Positions 8,216 through 14,230 of a DNA stretch of 29,564 bases are shown piece by piece (positions within the stretch are counted from its first letter, which is position 1; every line of letters starts with the position of its first letter). The position numbers and the translations under genes were made by a program. Source of the stretch: Armatimonadia bacterium (lineage in GTDB: Bacteria > Armatimonadota > Zipacnadia > Zipacnadales > UBA11051); the NCBI GenBank assembly GCA_039683575.1, contig JBDKRC010000267.1, positions 1 to 29,564 on the forward strand. The letters run 5' to 3'. The notes beneath the pieces were generated by a model, which worked only from the letters and a program-made list of their open reading frames with translations, had not been told where the DNA came from and made no database searches.

Positions 8216-9235
8216 ATGTACAACGTCGGTGTCATCGGGTTGGGGAGCATTGCTGAGGGCTATGGCGCGCCGGATCAGCCTTTCTCTTATTGCCATGTGG
8301 GTGGAATACAGCACTCGGACGTGGTGAGGCTGGCGGCGGTGGCTGATCTGGACCAGGCGCGTAGGGACAACTTCAGGGCCAAGTGGGGCGAGGTGTTTCC
8401 TGACTCTGCCTACTATGAGAGCGCCGAGGCGATGCTGGCGGCGGGCGGGCTCGATATTGTGGCGGTGTGCGTGCGGGGGCCCCATCACTTCGCGGTGATG
8501 CAGCAGGTGCTGCAGGCGGGGCCGCGGGCGGTGTTCCTCGAGAAGCCGCCGACTTGTTCGCTGACTGAGATGGACGCGATGGTGGCACTGGCGAAGGAGA
8601 AGGCAATCCCGATCACGGTGTCTTATTCGCGGCACTGGGCGCCGCATGTGCTGCGGCTGCAGGAGTTGGTGCAGGGCGGACTGATCGGCCAGGTGCAGAC
8701 GGTGGTGGGGTACACAGGGCATGCGTTCCTGTCATTTGCGAGCCATACCACGGACCTGATCTGCCAGTTTTCGGGCTATTGCCCGCAGGCGGTCTTTGCG
8801 CGCGGGAAGCTCTCTGGGGAAGCGCCGGAGGGGTTTGAGGTCGAACCGTCGGTGGACCTGATGAGCATCGAGTTTGAGAACGGTGTGCAGGGCGTGCAGA
8901 TCGGACAGCAGGGGGAGCACGGCGGGTTCTACGTGGATGTGTTCGGGACCGAAGGCATGGTGCGGGCGGGGATCTATATCCCGGGCTTCGCGCGGAACAA
9001 GGAAGGCGTCATTGACCTGAACGCGCTGGGGATGCCGGAGAACGCGAGCGTGTTCACGGTGGCGTACGGGCAGATTGCGCGATACCTCGACGGCGGGCCG
9101 CTGCCAGACTGCACGGACGCGGATTTTGTGGCGGTGCATGAGGTTGGGTTCGCGGGTATTGAGAGCGTGCATGGCGGGAAGAGGGTGGAGGTGCCGAATG
9201 TGGCGCGGGGGCGAAAAGTGTGGGCTAACGGCTAG
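8216..9235 (+). CDS. Gfo/Idh/MocA family NAD(P)-dependent oxidoreductase
   Basis: AAGGA RBS; MYNVGVIGLGSIA Rossmann motif, LDIVAVCV, VFLEKP, HTTDL. The upstream part of ORF 7682..9235 overlaps the previous gene and is not used. Confidence 0.92.
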   Translation: MYNVGVIGLGSIAEGYGAPDQPFSYCHVGGIQHSDVVRLAAVADLDQARRDNFRAKWGEVFPDSAYYESAEAMLAAGGLDIVAVCVRGPHHFAVMQQVLQAGPRAVFLEKPPTCSLTEMDAMVALAKEKAIPITVSYSRHWAPHVLRLQELVQGGLIGQVQTVVGYTGHAFLSFASHTTDLICQFSGYCPQAVFARGKLSGEAPEGFEVEPSVDLMSIEFENGVQGVQIGQQGEHGGFYVDVFGTEGMVRAGIYIPGFARNKEGVIDLNALGMPENASVFTVAYGQIARYLDGGPLPDCTDADFVAVHEVGFAGIESVHGGKRVEVPNVARGRKVWANG

Positions 9236-9294
9236 GGGAGAGGACGGCGGGAACGCGGGAACGGGTGAGGCGGGAACAGGGAACAACGGCAAAG

Positions 9295-9335
9295 ACGGGG
9301 AGTGACACCGAGACGGGTTGTCAGTCCCCGTTTTT
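9295..9335 (+). terminator. Inverted repeat with T-tract (terminator-like or REP-like)
   Basis: ACGGGGAGTGACA ... TGTCAGTCCCCGT followed by TTTT, between convergent genes. Confidence 0.5.
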
Positions 9336-9350
9336 CGCGCATGGGGATCG

Positions 9351-9614
9351 GCTGTAGGGCGGGGGCTCCGTACCCCGCCGGCCGTTATCTACGACCTTCC
9401 CGAGCGGCGGGGTACGAGCCCCCGCCCTACAGCGGAGACGGCCAATCAACGGCTTCCCGAGCGGCGGGGTACGAGCCCCGCCCTACAGCGGAGACGGCCA
9501 ATCAACGACCGCCCGAGCGGCGGGGTACGAGCCCCCCGCCCTACAGCGGAAACGGCCAATCAACGGCTTCCCGAGCGGCGGGGTACGGAGCCCCCGCCCT
9601 ACAGCGGAGACGGC
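9351..9614. repeat. BIME-like REP cluster: one inverted plus four tandem (~57-bp period) GTAG-tagged palindromes
   Basis: CGGCGGGGTACG(G)AGCCCC(C)GCCCTACAGC at 9405, 9462, 9518 and 9576 with near-identical linkers; 9351-9380 is the exact reverse complement of the fourth copy. Confidence 0.9.
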
Positions 9615-9623
9615 GAGAGTGGA

Positions 9624-10244
9624 TCAGCGAGGGATGCAGTTGGCCCAGAAGTCCGCGAGGCCCTGGAGGATGAAGTGGGTGCCTATGGCTGCTACCAGGA
9701 TGCCCATCAGCTTGCCCAGGATCAGGCTGCCGCGGGTGCCGAGAATGCGCATCAGTGGCTCGGTGTAGTAGAAGATCACCCATGTGGCGCCGAGGGCCAG
9801 GACGATGGCGCAGGACAGGATCAGGTAGTTGGTCGGGAAGGGGTTGCGCTGGACGATGAGCATGGTGGTGACGATCGCCCTCGGGCCCGCGAGGAGGGGG
9901 CAGGCCAGCGGGACGATGCCGATGTTCTCCTGGTAGGTGCCCAAGTGGCCGAGCAGGCCGAAAATCTCGTCGAGACCGATGAGGAAGAGCATCACGCCGC
10001 CAGCCGCCATGAATTCCGGCAGGCCGACGCCGAAGAGGGACATGACAGGGCGGCCGATGGTGGCGAACAGGATGAGGATCAGGGCAGCGACGAGGACGCC
10101 GAGATTGATCGTCCGGGAACGCTCAGGGCGGGACATGCCCTTTAGCAGGGCCGCAAAGAGCGGCAGAACCAGGACAGGATCAACGATTATGAATAGGGCC
10201 ACAGCGTCTTGCGCGATGGCCGTTAGTAGCGCGCGAGGGTCCAT
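9624..10244 (-). CDS. MarC family integral membrane protein
   Basis: LFIIVDP, FGVGLPEFMAAGGVMLF, IVPLACPLLAGP, KLMGILVAAIG; about six hydrophobic segments. An alternative start at 10259 is possible. Confidence 0.9.
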   Translation of the reverse strand: MDPRALLTAIAQDAVALFIIVDPVLVLPLFAALLKGMSRPERSRTINLGVLVAALILILFATIGRPVMSLFGVGLPEFMAAGGVMLFLIGLDEIFGLLGHLGTYQENIGIVPLACPLLAGPRAIVTTMLIVQRNPFPTNYLILSCAIVLALGATWVIFYYTEPLMRILGTRGSLILGKLMGILVAAIGTHFILQGLADFWANCIPR

Positions 10245-10326
10245 TTGATACTGTCCCAATAGATAGTTGCGGGTACGGACGGCTCTCTACTTGGACGGTG
10301 GGGAGATGCACACCTCCTTGCCTGCG

Positions 10327-10355
10327 GTGTCAGGGGCAGCTTTGTGGCCTATAAC
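10327..10355 (+). promoter_or_regulatory. Candidate sigma70-type promoter
   Basis: GTGTCA-N17-TATAAC, about 300 nt upstream of ATG 10655. Confidence 0.35.
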
Positions 10356-10654
10356 CGTCGATTGTGCATCGGAAACGTGTCATCTCGGGTGAAGATTGAT
10401 GGTGCCCAGAGGGGCGGATCCGGGCTTGAAGCGGGAACCTGGGAGGCGGCAGGGCGGTCTCGTTTATGCGAGGCGACCAGGCGGTTGCCCCCAAATCCCG
10501 GGCCGGATGCGCTTTTGGGTGCGCATTGGCCCTCCGGACGGACCAAGGCTGAGGACGCCACAGCGCGTCTATGAACCCCTCCGGACGGCGTAGGGTCGGC
10601 TTCAAGTATGTCGCTGACTCCTTCGATGTTCTTCCCCGCAGGTGATCTTGCCCC

Positions 10655-11260
10655 ATGATGTACCCCCGTAGTATTGCCGTTCTACTGGCCGTATTGTGCC
10701 TGCCAGTCGTCTGTCAGGCCAACGGTGGCCCTGTTGTCGCTACCGGGCAGCAGAATGCGGCTGAGCCAGCCATGGTGCTGACGCTGCCGCGTACCCCCGT
10801 CTTCCAGCTACCGCTGGCGCCGGCGGCAGTGGATATGCCCGGTGAGGTGCTGGAACTGGTGTCCATGAACATGGTGCTTGACGGCGGTCGTCCCGGCCCC
10901 AGGATTACTTTTCCGGCGGCAGTCCCAACCGCGCAGGCAATCCGCAAGATGGCACTGCGACAGGTGTCCGCCCGGCGGAACCGCTGCGCCAGGACGATGC
11001 GCGAGGCACTGGGATGGGGGCTTGGTGATGCCCACGTGTGGGCCAATGAGCTGCCCTACAAGGGGTTCGACAAGCGGCCCAAGAACGGCGCACGGCCGGG
11101 GGATATCGTGGTCTGGTCGTTTACCTTTGGCAGCCGGCGAAGCCAGCATATAGGGTTCGCGGTGGGGACCGATGCAGGCGTGAAGCTGCTTTCGAACCTG
11201 AGCGGGAACCTGTGTGTGTCGAGGCTGGCGCCTGGGTATGCGGCGTTCTATGCCGGATAA
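10655..11260 (+). CDS. Secreted CHAP / NlpC-P60-like (papain-fold) peptidase or amidase
   Basis: Signal peptide; C-terminal RCARTMREALGWGLGDAHVW ... RPGDIVVW ... QHIGF gives the Cys/His arrangement typical of the superfamily. Confidence 0.7.
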   Translation: MMYPRSIAVLLAVLCLPVVCQANGGPVVATGQQNAAEPAMVLTLPRTPVFQLPLAPAAVDMPGEVLELVSMNMVLDGGRPGPRITFPAAVPTAQAIRKMALRQVSARRNRCARTMREALGWGLGDAHVWANELPYKGFDKRPKNGARPGDIVVWSFTFGSRRSQHIGFAVGTDAGVKLLSNLSGNLCVSRLAPGYAAFYAG

Positions 11261-11264
11261 CGGC

Positions 11265-11292
11265 GAAAACGGAAAACGGAAAACAGAAAACA
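11265..11292 (+). repeat. Heptamer tandem repeat (GAAAACR)x4
   Basis: GAAAACG GAAAACG GAAAACA GAAAACA just after the stop codon. Confidence 0.9.
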
Positions 11293-11317
11293 GAGGACGA
11301 CGAACCAGACGACGGTT

Positions 11318-11393
11318 TGTCATCCTGAACGCAGTGAAGGATCTCCGCCCGCGGGAGATCCTTCGTCGCTGACGGCCGCTCCTCAGGATGACA
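11318..11393. repeat. Full TGTCATCCTGA...TCAGGATGACA palindromic REP/MITE-like element
   Basis: 11-bp terminal inverted repeats plus an inner inverted repeat GAAGGATCTCC / GGAGATCCTTC (11336-11364). Confidence 0.8.
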
Positions 11394-11525
11394 CGCTGGT
11401 TGTGGGACTGGTGGGGTCGGTGCCCCCTCCCAGGGGGTAGGGAGATGGATGCGCCGTCCCATAGGGCAGGGAGATGGATGGCGACTGGCGAAGGGAGGCC
11501 TTAGCTCCTACCGGTGGTAAGGCAC

Positions 11526-14090
11526 ATGTGGCGACTCGGTCTTGTGCTGGTGGCTCTGACGGTTGGTACGGCGGCGATGGCGGCGCTTACGGTGCGGGTG
11601 CAGGAGACGGCGGGTGGGCCGCAGATCTTTGTGAACGGGCAGCCGGTGCCGCCACGGTTCTTCTGGGGATCGATGAACAGCGGGCAGTTGCAGCTTGGGA
11701 CCGAGTGGCAGGAGTACTCGTTTGAGCTGCACCCGGGGATGAAGGTCGAGGGGACAGGGACGCTGCACTTCCGGTTCGGTCAGACGCCGGGCGAAGTGTG
11801 GCTGGCGGACGTGAGGCTGCGCGACGCGCAGACGGGGGAGGACGTGCTGCCGGCGGGGAGTTTCGCGACGCCGGAGGGCTTTGCGCAGACCTGGAGCAGG
11901 TGGCCGCCGGATGACAAGAATACGGTGGGGAAGCATGAAGTGGCCGACGGGGCGCTGCATGTGACGTTGACGAATCCTCCGGGCGGGGGGAACTGGCCCG
12001 ATTACCATTTCCACAGTAAGCTGAATCTCCGATTTGCCGCCGACCGCACGTACCGGTGTACGTTTCGGGCGCGCGCTTCCGTGCCCATGGCTTTGCGGCC
12101 TGCGGTGTATAACGTCAGCGGCGGGGTGTATAGCCACATTGGCGGCCCGCCCGGGGCGTTCTTGAGCCAGGTAGCGCTGGCGCGGGATGCGGGGGTGAAT
12201 CTGGTGTCTTTCTCGGCGCCGAAGTGCTGGCTGCCCCCGGATCAGCCGCAGGACTGGAGCGGGCTGGACAACCTGTGCCGGCAGATCATCGCGGTCAACC
12301 CGAAGGTGCTGCTGGTGCCGCGGGTGGCGGCGGACGCGCCCGCGTGGTGGCTGCAGGCGCATCCGGTTAGCCGGATGGTGTTTGACGGCGACAAGGTGGA
12401 CTTCCACTCGTGCGTGTCCGACCGGGTGTACCGGGCAGAGCTTTGCGCGCAACTGGAGAAGCTGTGCAGGCATCTGACGGAGGCGTTCCCGGACAACTTC
12501 GCAGGCATACACCCGTGCGGGCAGCATACCGGTGAGTGGTTCTACGAGAAGTCGTGGACGGCGCAGGTGAGCGGGTATGACGCGGCGACGAAGGCGGCGT
12601 TTGGGGAGTGGTTGGCGAAACTGGGCCGGCTAAAGCTCGGCCCCTCCGGGGGAGGACCGGCGGAACCGCCGAGCGCTGAGGCGCGGCGGGCGCATCCGAA
12701 CGGGATGCTGCGGGACCCGGCGCAGGAGCGGCTGCTGATTGAGTTCGCGCGGTTCCAGCAATCTGAGATGGCGGACCATGTGCTGGCGATGGCGGCGGCT
12801 TGCCGGAAAGGGACGGGCGGGCAGAAGCTGGTGGTGTTCTTCTACGGGTATCTGTTCGAGTTTCCGCCGCTGCAGACCGGGGCGCCCACGAGTGGGCACT
12901 ATGCGCTGTCGAAGGTGCTCGGCGGTAAGAACATTGACATCCTGTGTTCGCCGATTTCGTACTATGACCGGGATTGGTTGGGGACGGCACCTTGCATGAC
13001 CGCGGCCGAGAGCGTGCGGCAGGCCGGGATCATGTGGCTCAATGAGGATGACTCGCGGACGTACCTGGACCCGCGCCAGCAAGAGCATGTGCAGGAGGGT
13101 GGGCTGGTGGACCTGCGGCAGACGCAGCAGGTGATGCTGCGCAACACGGCCCAGGCGGCGCTGCGGGGGTTTGGGACGTGGTGGATGGACCTGCCGGCGC
13201 AGGGGTGGTTCAATGACGCGCGGATCTGGGACGAGATGGAGCGGCTCGCGCCGGTGGATAAGGCGATGGCACGGCGGCAGCGGCCGTTCACGCCGGAGAT
13301 CGCGGCGATTGTGGATGAGGACAGCATGTGCCATCTGCCGGGCGGGTCGGCGGTGATGGCGCGGCCATTGATCTATGAGGGACGCGCGGCGCTGGGACGG
13401 TCCGGGGCACCGTATGGGCAGTATCTGCTCGAGGACGTGGTGGCGGGGAAGGTGCCGGCGAAGCTGCAGGTGTTTCTGTCGGCCTGGGCGCTGACGTCAG
13501 AGGAGCGGGCAGGGCTGGCGGCGCGGCGCGCGGATGGGGCGATGCGGGTGTGGTGCTATGCGCCGGGGTATGTGTATGCAGACCGGGTGGACGTGGCGGG
13601 GATCCGGGAGGTCACGGGGTTCGAGGCCCGGGCAGTATCGCCGGAGAAGGCGGAGGTGACGCCGACCGAGGCTGGGCGCAAGCTGGGGCTGACGGAGGCG
13701 TGGGGCGTGCCGGCGAAGATCGCGCCGCTGTTTGCGGTGGCGGCTACGCCGGCGGAGACTTTGGCAACGTATGAGGACGGTTCGGCGGCGGTGGCGATGC
13801 GGAGGACGACGAAGGGCGTTGATGTGTTTGTGGGGGTGCCGAAGCTAACGCCGGAGCTGGTGCGGGCACTGGCGAAAGTGGCGGGGGTGCATCTGTACAC
13901 GGAAGACAACTCGGCGGTGTGGGCGGCGGAGGGGTATATATCGATTCAGGCGCACAAGACGGGGCCGGTGGTGATCGATACGGGCAAGGCGGGGCCGGTG
14001 AAGGACGCGCTGGAGGGGAAGGCGCTGGGCGTGGGGCCGCGGGTGAGGGTGGAGTTTGAGGAGGGGGAGACGAAGGTGTTGGGGGAGTGA
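11526..14090 (+). CDS. Secreted GH42-like (clan GH-A) glycoside hydrolase with an inserted CBM4-like module
   Basis: Signal peptide MWRLGLVL...AMA|A; ARDAGVNLVSF, HTGEWFY, FFYGY, DILCSPISY, LNEDDSRT; C-terminal trimerisation-like domain (EIAAIVDE, GRSGAPYGQY). Confidence 0.8.
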   Translation: MWRLGLVLVALTVGTAAMAALTVRVQETAGGPQIFVNGQPVPPRFFWGSMNSGQLQLGTEWQEYSFELHPGMKVEGTGTLHFRFGQTPGEVWLADVRLRDAQTGEDVLPAGSFATPEGFAQTWSRWPPDDKNTVGKHEVADGALHVTLTNPPGGGNWPDYHFHSKLNLRFAADRTYRCTFRARASVPMALRPAVYNVSGGVYSHIGGPPGAFLSQVALARDAGVNLVSFSAPKCWLPPDQPQDWSGLDNLCRQIIAVNPKVLLVPRVAADAPAWWLQAHPVSRMVFDGDKVDFHSCVSDRVYRAELCAQLEKLCRHLTEAFPDNFAGIHPCGQHTGEWFYEKSWTAQVSGYDAATKAAFGEWLAKLGRLKLGPSGGGPAEPPSAEARRAHPNGMLRDPAQERLLIEFARFQQSEMADHVLAMAAACRKGTGGQKLVVFFYGYLFEFPPLQTGAPTSGHYALSKVLGGKNIDILCSPISYYDRDWLGTAPCMTAAESVRQAGIMWLNEDDSRTYLDPRQQEHVQEGGLVDLRQTQQVMLRNTAQAALRGFGTWWMDLPAQGWFNDARIWDEMERLAPVDKAMARRQRPFTPEIAAIVDEDSMCHLPGGSAVMARPLIYEGRAALGRSGAPYGQYLLEDVVAGKVPAKLQVFLSAWALTSEERAGLAARRADGAMRVWCYAPGYVYADRVDVAGIREVTGFEARAVSPEKAEVTPTEAGRKLGLTEAWGVPAKIAPLFAVAATPAETLATYEDGSAAVAMRRTTKGVDVFVGVPKLTPELVRALAKVAGVHLYTEDNSAVWAAEGYISIQAHKTGPVVIDTGKAGPVKDALEGKALGVGPRVRVEFEEGETKVLGE

Positions 14091-14093
14091 GGC

Positions 14094-14121
14094 GAAAACA
14101 GAAAACAGAAAACGGAAAACA
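14094..14121 (+). repeat. Heptamer tandem repeat (GAAAACR)x4
   Basis: GAAAACA GAAAACA GAAAACG GAAAACA just after the stop codon. Confidence 0.9.
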
Positions 14122-14162
14122 GTCCGAGGGGGCGCGTGCCGTTACGACAGGTGGCCGGGGGT

Positions 14163-14213
14163 GTGGGTTCTGGAAGAACCCACCTACGCGTATTGCGGCG
14201 GTACGCGTACCGC
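14163..14213. repeat. GTAG-tagged REP-like palindrome followed by a perfect 16-bp palindrome
   Basis: GTGGGTTC-TGGAA-GAACCCAC-CTAC (14163-14187); GCGGTACGCGTACCGC (14198-14213); between convergent genes. Confidence 0.6.
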
Positions 14214-14230
14214 GCTGCATGACTGAACGG

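Noticed and set aside
9397-9614. CRISPR array
   Set aside because: The sequences between repeats are near-identical rather than unique spacers, an inverted copy is present, and no cas genes are seen; it fits a REP cluster.
9302-10145. ORFs 9302..9673 and 9318..10145 with repeated peptides
   Set aside because: Translations of the REP array and the antisense strand of the MarC-family gene.
10425-10625. c-di-AMP (ydaO) riboswitch or 6S RNA call
   Set aside because: Only scattered short matches (GCGGGAACC, GTAGGG, GCTGACTC); core conserved segments and spacing are missing. Kept only as an unassigned structured leader.
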